Part shown: piece after piece, positions 55,607 through 64,000 of the stretch
How the letters are laid out: every line of letters starts with the position of its first letter
How positions within the stretch are numbered: the first letter of the stretch is position 1
IMG/VR virus record: IMGVR_UViG_3300032294_001427
Coordinates: 54 to 64,053 of that record
Length of the DNA: 64,000 bases
Direction: 5' to 3' (one strand)
DNA from: a virus
Lineage: Duplodnaviria > Caudoviricetes
The notes under the pieces: generated by a model
What the model saw: only the letters and a program-made list of their open reading frames with translations
What the model was told of the DNA's origin: nothing
The model's database searches: none
Program-made: the position numbers and the translations under genes

Positions 55607-56647
55607 TTAGTTCTCTTTCCTTAAAATGGCTCTAGCGATTTCATGTGCTCTGGTGATGGTGCCTTTACGTAAAGGTGGTTTATCACCCATTTTTTTCATC
55701 GCTGTACTCATGCCTATAGCATAGGCACGGCCCTCTTTATCTTCTTCGTTAATTTTATTAACTAGTCTATTTGCAACGCGATTACTTGCGGCATATTTAC
55801 CATTTTCAATGCTATCGAATGTGTGTCCAGATTCTAATTGGTGAAGGTGTTCACTATCTCCAGTGTGCATAACTGGCCATGCTCTATTCATAATAGCAAC
55901 GCGACCGCCGCTTAATTTTAAAACATCACCATCTTTGATTTTATTGTTAGTTTGAGTCTCATCATAGACTGTTCTATCATCAAGATGAGCCAAATCATGA
56001 ATACCTACTCTTCTTTCTTGTGCAATATCGTGATAATATTTTGCTTTTATTTCCGCAGGTGATGATCCGCTATATCCCTCAGATTCTTCTTCATTCATCT
56101 GCTCGACTTCTTCGTCTAGATTACCTTCGCAATAGTTTGCGGCAGTGAGAACATAGTCCTCAGCAAGAGTGATTTTGCTCTGAACCCATTCTGGAAGATT
56201 TGTGTTCTCTTCCAACATGTCATGGAGTCTTTGAGCATTAGTGATGATGCTCTTTAGTTGAGACATTGCCATATCGCCCTCGTAATCGTACTCACGAGCA
56301 TCGTCTTTGGCTTCAGATATATTTTCTACGTGTTTTGCGATTGCTTTTTTGGCCAATGATTCGTATAAACTACCCAATCCACCAGACCCGAAAGTCATTC
56401 CACCTCTCATTGCGCCGACGATATCATCATCGGCATATGCGCCCCCACCACGAACTGGCGCTGGTCTGCCAGTAGATTTACTCTTAGGCTTCACTGGCTT
56501 AGGTGGCGTCACGGGGACTTTACCCGCATCCGATGCTGCATCACTAGGGAATGGATGACCTTTGCCGTGCGCAGCCCACCATTTCTTTTGAAGTTGGGCT
56601 GACATTTTATCCCAGACTTTAGGTAAAGTGATTGTTGTTTTTGCCAT
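55607..56647 (-). CDS. Modular putative head protein
   Basis: EYDYEGDMAMSQL..LPEWVQSKITLAEDY; AYAIGM module; xxE boundaries. Confidence 0.65.
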   Translation of the reverse strand: MAKTTITLPKVWDKMSAQLQKKWWAAHGKGHPFPSDAASDAGKVPVTPPKPVKPKSKSTGRPAPVRGGGAYADDDIVGAMRGGMTFGSGGLGSLYESLAKKAIAKHVENISEAKDDAREYDYEGDMAMSQLKSIITNAQRLHDMLEENTNLPEWVQSKITLAEDYVLTAANYCEGNLDEEVEQMNEEESEGYSGSSPAEIKAKYYHDIAQERRVGIHDLAHLDDRTVYDETQTNNKIKDGDVLKLSGGRVAIMNRAWPVMHTGDSEHLHQLESGHTFDSIENGKYAASNRVANRLVNKINEEDKEGRAYAIGMSTAMKKMGDKPPLRKGTITRAHEIARAILRKEN

Positions 56648-56648
56648 T

Positions 56649-57143
56649 TTATTGACCCTTTAAAATTGAATCGAACATCCAGCCAAACTTCTTGTGGCTG
56701 TCAAACAAGTCTTGCAAGAAATTTCCAAGACCAACCTCATCTGCCGCTTCAGCCATTTTCTGACAGGCCAATAGTCCAGCAAGAATTCTTTTATTATCTG
56801 CAGAGAGCGTAGAAACCATTTCCGCGCCCGTCAACGAATCCGTGTTTTCGGTTAGTGATGCATTGGCGATCAACGAAGCCAGATTCATTGGGGCTGGCGC
56901 ATTCAGTGCGCGAATCTGTTCAGCAAGGCGATCTAAATTATCAAAAACCCCCTCGTAGACTTTGCCAAAGAAATCGTGCAACTGAGGAAAGTCTTTTCCG
57001 ACTACGTTCCAGTGAAACGAATGGGATTTAAAATAGAACACGAATGCGTCTGCGAAGACTTTGTTTAAAGCCTCGATCAATGCGGGTTCTGCCTCTTCGT
57101 TTAGAGTCTTTTCCGCCTGTTCAACCAGTTGATTATACTGCAT
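56649..57143 (-). CDS. dps: Dps/ferritin-like protein
   Basis: HSFHWNVVGKDFPQLH..D..AEQIRAL..HKKFGWM. Confidence 0.88.
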   Translation of the reverse strand: MQYNQLVEQAEKTLNEEAEPALIEALNKVFADAFVFYFKSHSFHWNVVGKDFPQLHDFFGKVYEGVFDNLDRLAEQIRALNAPAPMNLASLIANASLTENTDSLTGAEMVSTLSADNKRILAGLLACQKMAEAADEVGLGNFLQDLFDSHKKFGWMFDSILKGQ

Positions 57144-57414
57144 CAAGTTCCTCAATTTTTAATTTTAAATCAGTCGTTCCGCGCTTTATTCTGTGATAAA
57201 ACTCTGAAGGAATAAAGAACTGATCTCCTTTATTTAAAACCTTTGGGAGGTTATTATCGAATTGAATCTCCCAGCCCGTACCCTCTAAAACCTCAATAAA
57301 TCTGTCTTTTCGGTCTCTATGCCAAACAAGTTCCTCGCTCAAAACATCATGTTTAAATGTTCGCGAAAACGATGAATTATTTAGTTTTTCATCGATGTAT
57401 GGCTCACGGTTCAT
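57133..57414 (-). CDS. Cupin-fold small protein
   Basis: ELVWHRD..GWEIQFDN..IP..YHRIK. Confidence 0.7.
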   Translation of the reverse strand: MNREPYIDEKLNNSSFSRTFKHDVLSEELVWHRDRKDRFIEVLEGTGWEIQFDNNLPKVLNKGDQFFIPSEFYHRIKRGTTDLKLKIEELDAV

Positions 57415-57420
57415 TTAATT

Positions 57421-60400
57421 TTACCACCAAACCTTTCCCGAATTGCTGAAGAAACGCGGCCAGCGGCAAGCCCAATACGATGCGCTAGTCTTATCTTTGT
57501 TCGTCAAGCAGCGGTGTCGTGCAACGAAAGATCGAACTCTGGCTGGATCATTGAATTTCTTAGTCATTCCAGATTTACTGAAACTGACTTTCTTGACCCC
57601 ACCATCGCCAGTGCGGACGTAGACGGCACCACCGCCACCCTCACGCCATGGCTTACCGATACCCTTTCCTTTTGTTGGGTCTGAAGATTCTTCCGCCAAT
57701 TGCCGACTCAATCGTTCTGCATACATTCTAATAGTCGGATTTTCATCGTTCAACGCTTGAGCGATGTGTTCTGGTGTTGCGCTCAGATGATGGAGTGCCT
57801 CCAATCTAGTATTTGAATTTGAATCTTTCAGCGCCATTGAGATATGCTCTGGTGTTACTTTTGAATTTTTATGTTTATGATATAGGATTGCATCCGTTCT
57901 AACGTAAGGATTTTCATCTTTCAACGCTTGAGTGATGTGCTCTGATGTTACTTTTTCATTTCTAATTGCACTTTGTCTGACATCCGAATCTTCATCATTT
58001 AACGCTTGAGTGATGTGCTCTGATGTTACATTTGGATGTTCGATTGCATTTCGTCTGACAATCGAATCTTCATCATTTAACGCTTGAGTGATGTGCTCTG
58101 ATGTTGCTTTTGGTTGGTTGATTGCAAGGAATCTAACCCGTGAGTTTTTATCTTTCAGTGCCGTTGAGATATGCTCTGGTGTTATTTTTTGGTGCCGTCC
58201 CCGCCCGATTGCAGCAATTCTAACATTAAGATCTTCATCTTTTAACGCTTGAGTGATGTGTTCTGATGTTGATTTTGGATGTATGATTGCAGCCCTTCTG
58301 ATCACAGGATCTTCATCTTTCAACGCTTGGGTGATGTGGTCTTCTGTTATATTTGGATGTATGATTGCAGCCCCTCTGACCAGAGGATCTTTATCATTCA
58401 ACGCTCGGGTGATGTGCTCTGATGTTGCATTTGGGTGCTCAATCGCACTCCTTCTGACCATCGGGTTCTCGTGTTTCAACGCTTGAGTGATGTGATCTGG
58501 TGTCATGTTTCGGCGTGCGAGCGCAGATCCTACAACCTTTGGATCTTTATCATTTAATGCTATTGAGACATGCTCTGATGTTGCTTTTGGATTTTCAATC
58601 GCACTCCTTCTGACCAGAGGATTTTCATCTTTCAACGCTTGGGTGATGTGATCTGATGTTACATTTGGATGGCTGGCTGCACCCATTCTGACAAATGAAT
58701 CTTCATCTTTCAATGCCGTTGAAATATGTTCTGGTGTTACTTTTGAAATTGCATTGAGTGCATGTTGTCTCATAACCGAATCTTTATCTTTCAACGCTTG
58801 AGTGACATGTTCTGATGTTACATTTCGGTGCCCAATCGCAGCCGCTTTTACGCGATAGTCTTCATCTTTCAACGCTTGAGTGATGTGCTCTGATGTTGCA
58901 TTTGGGTGCTCAATTGCTGCCCTTCTGATATTCCAATTTTTATCATTTAACGCATAGGTGATGTGTTCTGGTGTCACTTTTGGATGTCTGAGCGCGACCA
59001 ATTTGTTAGAATTATGCCCACTTTCTAGATATCTAAATATCCGACTTGACGTTGCTTTTGGGTGTAAGATTGTATTATACGGTTTGTCATTATAAACATC
59101 ATCTTTAATGGAATAGACCTCATTCGTATCCGTTGCATTCGACAATCTTTCGGCTACGTTATGAGCATGAGCAGTAAATGCTGGATGTTTAATTCCATAT
59201 TCGCTATTGAGTCCATACACGGTGCCCTTTTCTGGTTCCCCAAAAATCTCATGTGGATGAAGAGTCGCACGATAGATTTCTTTTCCATCGTGGTCATGTC
59301 CAAATACTACAACCGTTCCCTGTTTAATTTCGTCGCGTAAATAATGTCTATTTGAACCATCTACAACGTTTTTACAACTCTGTTCTGCCCACGAATGTCC
59401 ACTCGGGTGAGTTTCATCTGGCGTTGGATTTGTCTGCCCAGCGACTTCAGTTCCGCGAACAATACTCATTTTAGGTTTAGAGACAGCCTTCACACCCGCT
59501 CTAGTATTGTCGGAAGCAAACTGTTTCTGTAAATTTGGATCTTTGATCAGTTTACTCAATTTGACCTCACGACCATATTTGTCGGAAGTTTTGCCAGATT
59601 TATACTCTTCGTGGGTCAAAGGTTTTCCGATATGGTTTTCAACTGCTTTATGAACCTCGGATTTATCTGGTGTGTGATCGATAAGATCTTCTTCCACTCG
59701 ATCATTGTTCTCGCCGAAAAAATGGTCTGTGTTTTTTCTTGCAACATTACTCATTTTTACTTCAGAATACTTGGCAGACTGTTTTGGAGTCAGATACTCT
59801 AATAGCGAATGTTTAAAGGTTCTAAAAGAAACAGCCCCAGACTCTTCCTTTAGCGGTTTTGCATTTTGTTTTTTATAGATCTTTTTAGCAAGTTGTCTAA
59901 TCTGCGGGATTTTATGATTTAAGCCTTTCGCAATATTTTCTGCGCTTGCGTTTGGATGCTTGAGTGCTGCCAATTGAATATCAATATTTTCTTCATCATT
60001 GTCCAACACTTGAGAGATGTGCTCTGGTGTTACTTTTGGATGTGCAATCGCATTTTCTCGGATAAAATCGTGTCTGCTTTTCAACGCTTTCGTGATATTT
60101 TCTGCATTTGCATTTGGATGCTGCGCAGCAGAATGGGCAACATCAGCATCTCTATCGTCTAATGCTTTTGAGATATGTTCTGGCGTTACTTTCGGATTTT
60201 CTATAGCCCAAAATCGCATACTCGAATCCTTATCGTTCAATGCCTGTGAGATATTTTCTACGTTTACGTTTGGATGTTGAATTGCGGCTAGGCGCGTGTA
60301 AATATTTCTATCACCCAATGCTTTTGAAATATGTTCTGGCGTTGCTTTAGGATTTTCAATCGCCGCTTGCCTAATTGAAGGATCCCTATGCTTTAATGCT

Positions 60401-62889
60401 TTTGAAATTTGCTCGGAAGTTGCCTTTGGGTGTCTAATTGCGTCCATTTTAATGTAAACATTTCCTTTTCCCGCCATTATTTCTTCGATATGATTTGGCG
60501 TTAGGTTTGGATGTTGAACTGCATAAGAGGCGTTACCCGATTTTATCATTTCAGATAGGTGTTTTTCATTTAAATATGGACTTTCAATTGCATTTTGATC
60601 AAAATTTTTAATTCCTTTTGAAAGATCTTCTGCGGTTATTTTAGGGTGATTATATGCAGCAATTTGATCCGACTCGCGTTTTGAATTGAGAGCCTTTACC
60701 ACATCTTCTCTTGATGCGGTTGGATGAAGCATAAACTTTACACCTCTATCATCATAGACGGACGGGTGGATTGCATACATCGCTCTCCCGCCTTTGTGTT
60801 CACCAGACAATCTTTCAGCCACGTTATGAGCATGGGCAGTAAATGCGGAATTTTTGATACCGTACTCGCTATTAACAGCGTAAGTTACGTGGCCTTTATC
60901 GTTATGATGTGGCTGTAATGTGGCTCTATAGACTTCCTTGCCATCGTGGTCGTGTCCGAAAACTACGACTGTTCCGTGTTCAATTTCTTTATTCAAATAA
61001 CGTTTATGTTCACCATCTTCAACGTTTTTACAACTCTGTTGTGCCCACGAATGTCCACTCGGATGAGTTTCATCTGGCGTTGGATTTGTTTGTCCAGCGA
61101 CTTCAGTTCCCCTATGGATACTAACTCTCATCGACTTGATTGCTTTTGCGCCCGCTCTAGTATTATCAGATGCGAATTGCGACTGCAACTTGGGGTCTTT
61201 AATCAGTCTACCTAACTTGACCTCGCGGCCATACTTGTCAGTGGTTCTACCAGTTCTGTATTCATCGTGAGTCAAAGGTTTTCCAATGTGGTTTTCAACT
61301 GCCTTATGAACCTCAGACTTGTCTGGCGTGTCATTGATGACATCTTCTTCGACTCTATCGTTGTTTTTACCAAAGAAATGATCCGTCTGCCTTCTTGCCT
61401 TTGGAGTCATTTCTATTTTAGAATACTTGTCAGACTGTTTTGGAGTCAGATATTCCAATAGTGATTGTTTAATAATCCTAGGAGACACCATTTCGGATTC
61501 TTCAAATGGATAGTCAAGAATTACTTCTCGACCTTCGTAGATCGCGGTTTCACCGACATCCGACTCAAGCAAGTCTTTTTCCCACTCATCTTTTGGCTGG
61601 TATTGACCTTCAGCATAAAGACGCTTGGCTTCAGAAATCATAGCAAAGAACATCTCCGACCCTGGCCGAAACACATTCTCCACGAGAGAGATTCCGTTTT
61701 GCATGTGATATTCAACGGCTTCTGGAAGTCCCGCCCCAGCGGTCAAAACTGGCATGCCTCCCACATTAGAGTTCATAAATCCATTCGGTGTACTGCCCGT
61801 ACCAACTCGACGCTTTTTTAAAGTCGGCTTCACGTTTGCGGTTTGTATTTCACCTTTAAATTCGCGCAATGTTTTAGTTTTATTGCACGAGTCGCAGTCA
61901 TCACACCCACAACTTTCGGCACTACTAGGCTGCATTTCAGCAAAAATATCTTCGATATCTTGATCTTGCCCAGGAGTCATTGAGATTGCATGCTCTCTAT
62001 ACTCATCAGTCCCCACGAACTGCATCTCAAACAGGAGATTGATGTCTTCTTTTATTGGTTGATTTTCAACCTTGGACAGCATCTTGTAATAATCTGGGCG
62101 CTCCCATAGATGGGCAAGTGCAATGACTTCTGCTGCCGATGCGTCGTTCGTATGTTCTTTCTCTACCTTTATGCCAGCCGCAACCGCCTTTTCAATATGA
62201 GACGGATCAACCCCGTGCTTCTTGGCAATATTCTCGATGGTGTGTGGAGTTTTTAATTTGGCTTCTACCGCCTCTTTTACGGGCACGCAATTAGGAACTT
62301 TGCGACCATTTTTGGTCTTCATTCCGACAGCAGTATATCCAGACCAACAAGCATCTTTGAGATTACCAGTCGGCTTTTTAACCTTTTCTTGGATGATTGG
62401 AGATGAGCGCATTTCCAATCCCAATGAAATCAGATGTTCCAGCAATTTTTCAATCTGATTAGCGAAAAACAACCTTTCCATTTCAGTGGATTGGTTCAAG
62501 TTTATGGAATTGTTGAAAACGAATGCCTTGGTTGATTCGGCTAACTTTTCCGCCTTGAGGAACTTCTCTATTCTTTTAGATTCGTTTAATGGTAAATTTC
62601 TCTGCTCATTTCTTAGGCGAGAGACTTTGTTCGTAACAGAAACGTGGACGTAACTGCACTGATAGGCGTTCTCTTGCAGAATTCTTTGGATTTGATCGAT
62701 CTTAGATGAATCTGATATGCCATTGATAACTAAATTCTTGGCATTTTCTACTAATTTTTTGGCAGCACCATTGATAAGTTGGTCTGCTTGAACCTCTGTG
62801 AGGTCGAATTTAGAGAATATGTGCGTCAACACATAATCTTTACCGCTACCTGGACCACCTAACAAAAAGATTCCTAATGGACTTCCCAT
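57421..62889 (-). CDS. 1822-aa modular protein: P-loop domain, small head-protein modules, duplicated domain with 24-aa HEAT/LRV-like repeats
   Basis: GGPGSGKD; CWSGY..VPNCV; GIKVEKEH..ALAHLWERPDYY; AIxHPxxTxEHIxxALxD repeats; SFVARHRC..YWAC. Confidence 0.8.
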   Translation of the reverse strand: MGSPLGIFLLGGPGSGKDYVLTHIFSKFDLTEVQADQLINGAAKKLVENAKNLVINGISDSSKIDQIQRILQENAYQCSYVHVSVTNKVSRLRNEQRNLPLNESKRIEKFLKAEKLAESTKAFVFNNSINLNQSTEMERLFFANQIEKLLEHLISLGLEMRSSPIIQEKVKKPTGNLKDACWSGYTAVGMKTKNGRKVPNCVPVKEAVEAKLKTPHTIENIAKKHGVDPSHIEKAVAAGIKVEKEHTNDASAAEVIALAHLWERPDYYKMLSKVENQPIKEDINLLFEMQFVGTDEYREHAISMTPGQDQDIEDIFAEMQPSSAESCGCDDCDSCNKTKTLREFKGEIQTANVKPTLKKRRVGTGSTPNGFMNSNVGGMPVLTAGAGLPEAVEYHMQNGISLVENVFRPGSEMFFAMISEAKRLYAEGQYQPKDEWEKDLLESDVGETAIYEGREVILDYPFEESEMVSPRIIKQSLLEYLTPKQSDKYSKIEMTPKARRQTDHFFGKNNDRVEEDVINDTPDKSEVHKAVENHIGKPLTHDEYRTGRTTDKYGREVKLGRLIKDPKLQSQFASDNTRAGAKAIKSMRVSIHRGTEVAGQTNPTPDETHPSGHSWAQQSCKNVEDGEHKRYLNKEIEHGTVVVFGHDHDGKEVYRATLQPHHNDKGHVTYAVNSEYGIKNSAFTAHAHNVAERLSGEHKGGRAMYAIHPSVYDDRGVKFMLHPTASREDVVKALNSKRESDQIAAYNHPKITAEDLSKGIKNFDQNAIESPYLNEKHLSEMIKSGNASYAVQHPNLTPNHIEEIMAGKGNVYIKMDAIRHPKATSEQISKALKHRDPSIRQAAIENPKATPEHISKALGDRNIYTRLAAIQHPNVNVENISQALNDKDSSMRFWAIENPKVTPEHISKALDDRDADVAHSAAQHPNANAENITKALKSRHDFIRENAIAHPKVTPEHISQVLDNDEENIDIQLAALKHPNASAENIAKGLNHKIPQIRQLAKKIYKKQNAKPLKEESGAVSFRTFKHSLLEYLTPKQSAKYSEVKMSNVARKNTDHFFGENNDRVEEDLIDHTPDKSEVHKAVENHIGKPLTHEEYKSGKTSDKYGREVKLSKLIKDPNLQKQFASDNTRAGVKAVSKPKMSIVRGTEVAGQTNPTPDETHPSGHSWAEQSCKNVVDGSNRHYLRDEIKQGTVVVFGHDHDGKEIYRATLHPHEIFGEPEKGTVYGLNSEYGIKHPAFTAHAHNVAERLSNATDTNEVYSIKDDVYNDKPYNTILHPKATSSRIFRYLESGHNSNKLVALRHPKVTPEHITYALNDKNWNIRRAAIEHPNATSEHITQALKDEDYRVKAAAIGHRNVTSEHVTQALKDKDSVMRQHALNAISKVTPEHISTALKDEDSFVRMGAASHPNVTSDHITQALKDENPLVRRSAIENPKATSEHVSIALNDKDPKVVGSALARRNMTPDHITQALKHENPMVRRSAIEHPNATSEHITRALNDKDPLVRGAAIIHPNITEDHITQALKDEDPVIRRAAIIHPKSTSEHITQALKDEDLNVRIAAIGRGRHQKITPEHISTALKDKNSRVRFLAINQPKATSEHITQALNDEDSIVRRNAIEHPNVTSEHITQALNDEDSDVRQSAIRNEKVTSEHITQALKDENPYVRTDAILYHKHKNSKVTPEHISMALKDSNSNTRLEALHHLSATPEHIAQALNDENPTIRMYAERLSRQLAEESSDPTKGKGIGKPWREGGGGAVYVRTGDGGVKKVSFSKSGMTKKFNDPARVRSFVARHRCLTNKDKTSASYWACRWPRFFSNSGKVWW
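57700..59060 (-). repeat. Approximately 72-bp tandem repeat array (24-aa repeats)
   Basis: Recurrent tcatctttcaacgcttgagtgatgtgctctgatgtt units. Confidence 0.85.
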
Positions 62890-62933
62890 ATCTCGTTAAC
62901 TCCACTCTGTGGGATTAGTACATGTTTATTTAG

Positions 62934-63734
62934 TCATTTACGCACCTTCAAAATTGCATTCTGTAGTGCATCACGAACTGGCGACATGTACTTGTGGGCT
63001 GGAATGGTGCAAGTCGAGCGTCCAGCGACGGCTACTTTGGCGAATTCCTTCTCCGTATACCATTCTGGGGTAATAGCCAACATATCGGCTAACTCATGCA
63101 TATCAATCGAACCCGAATTTACAAGATTCACGGGTCCGCTGGCACCCTCTTCAATTAAATCTACAGCAACCTTTACGGCTTCATCTAGGTCGGTCAACGA
63201 ATTCTGACCAAAATCTACCAATTTACCCGTTCTGGCATAATTCATTACCTTGGATAGATAATTTTTGGGTTCATCGACACCCGTAAATGGCATACGAATT
63301 CTGAATACCAAGGAGCGGGGTTTATTTTTTAGGTAAAGATCTGAAACCCCCTTTGAAACGGAATAGATGCTACCAAAGTAATTTGGGTCAGCGTTTACGT
63401 CATCGATTTCGCCTTGGTAAATGCAGCCACTTGAAAAATGTACGAATTGTATTCTGTGTGATTCGTATGCCTTTGGGTTTGTGCACGCTTGGTACAATTT
63501 GACGGGGAATGCGACATTTGCTTCTATAGTCTCGACCTTATATGACTCACATGCATCAACGTTTGGTGAGCCTGTTATGCCCGCACAATTGATAACGCAT
63601 TCGTATGAAGAATTCTCGATTTCTCTTATCGCACTTTGGTGCGAACACGATGTGGTCACTATATAGTCCCTTGAAATTAATTCATTGACCATCTTCTTTC
63701 CAACCCAACCTCGACCAACGACCAAAATTTTCAT
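62934..63734 (-). CDS. NAD-dependent sugar epimerase/reductase (RmlD/NRS-ER-like)
   Basis: GRGWVG, NCAGITGSPNVDACE, SSGCIY, YSVSK, RIRMP. Confidence 0.85.
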   Translation of the reverse strand: MKILVVGRGWVGKKMVNELISRDYIVTTSCSHQSAIREIENSSYECVINCAGITGSPNVDACESYKVETIEANVAFPVKLYQACTNPKAYESHRIQFVHFSSGCIYQGEIDDVNADPNYFGSIYSVSKGVSDLYLKNKPRSLVFRIRMPFTGVDEPKNYLSKVMNYARTGKLVDFGQNSLTDLDEAVKVAVDLIEEGASGPVNLVNSGSIDMHELADMLAITPEWYTEKEFAKVAVAGRSTCTIPAHKYMSPVRDALQNAILKVRK

Positions 63735-63736
63735 AA

Positions 63737-64000
63737 TCAAAACCTCTTGCTGATGATTCTAGCCAAATACTTACCATAGTCCGACTTACTATACTGTTCA
63801 GCCGCACGGCGAACATCATTCTCCGTGATCCATGCGTTCTTATATGCGATTTCTTCTGGGCATGCGATCATCATACCCGTTCGACGCTGAACCGATCCTA
63901 CAAACACAGAAGCCTCTGAGAGCGATTCAAACGTCCCAGTATCAATCCAAGCGATACCTCGATTCAAGTACTCAACTTCACAGTCTTTATTGCCCATGTA
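63737..64000 (-). CDS. rmlA: Glucose-1-phosphate thymidylyltransferase, C-terminal part
   Basis: RGIAWIDTGTFESLSEA..IACPEEIAY..YGKYL. Confidence 0.88.
   Translation of the reverse strand, partial: YMGNKDCEVEYLNRGIAWIDTGTFESLSEASVFVGSVQRRTGMMIACPEEIAYKNAWITENDVRRAAEQYSKSDYGKYLARIISKRF

Noticed and set aside
57700-59060. CRISPR-like periodic repeats
   Set aside because: In-frame 72-bp coding repeats, degenerate, with no unique spacers or cas genes
1-64000. Alternative genetic code or suppressor tRNA
   Set aside because: Long genes are intact under the standard code and no stop-anticodon tRNA was found

Overview
A 64-kb segment of a large T4-like (myovirus-type) phage genome, almost entirely coded on the minus strand; the host is probably a Gram-negative proteobacterium (spanins, IHF-like sites, plcP-agt). 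Layout: (1) 1-6.6 kb, an array of about 20 tRNAs interspersed with many structured non-coding RNAs, including a canonical hammerhead ribozyme, three covarying pseudoknot elements and tRNA-like molecules, plus a methyltransferase, a nuclease and a NUMOD3 homing endonuclease; (2) 6.6-24.8 kb, an early region of small hypothetical genes with two expanded paralog families, an RNA ligase and an AAA ATPase, driven by sigma70 promoters carrying an IHF-consensus site at fixed spacing; (3) 24.8-37.2 kb, auxiliary and replication genes (plcP-agt-like pair, RuvC-like nuclease, TPR-fused modification enzymes, class II RNR, ThyX, GIY-YIG endonuclease, primase); (4) 37.2-64 kb, late genes: spanins, a six-gene exported-protein cassette, fibre proteins, a GH19/M15 endolysin, Dps, modular putative head polyproteins with T4 capsid-targeting-like motifs, and rhamnose pathway genes. 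All calls come from reading motifs by eye; no database searches or folding programs were run.
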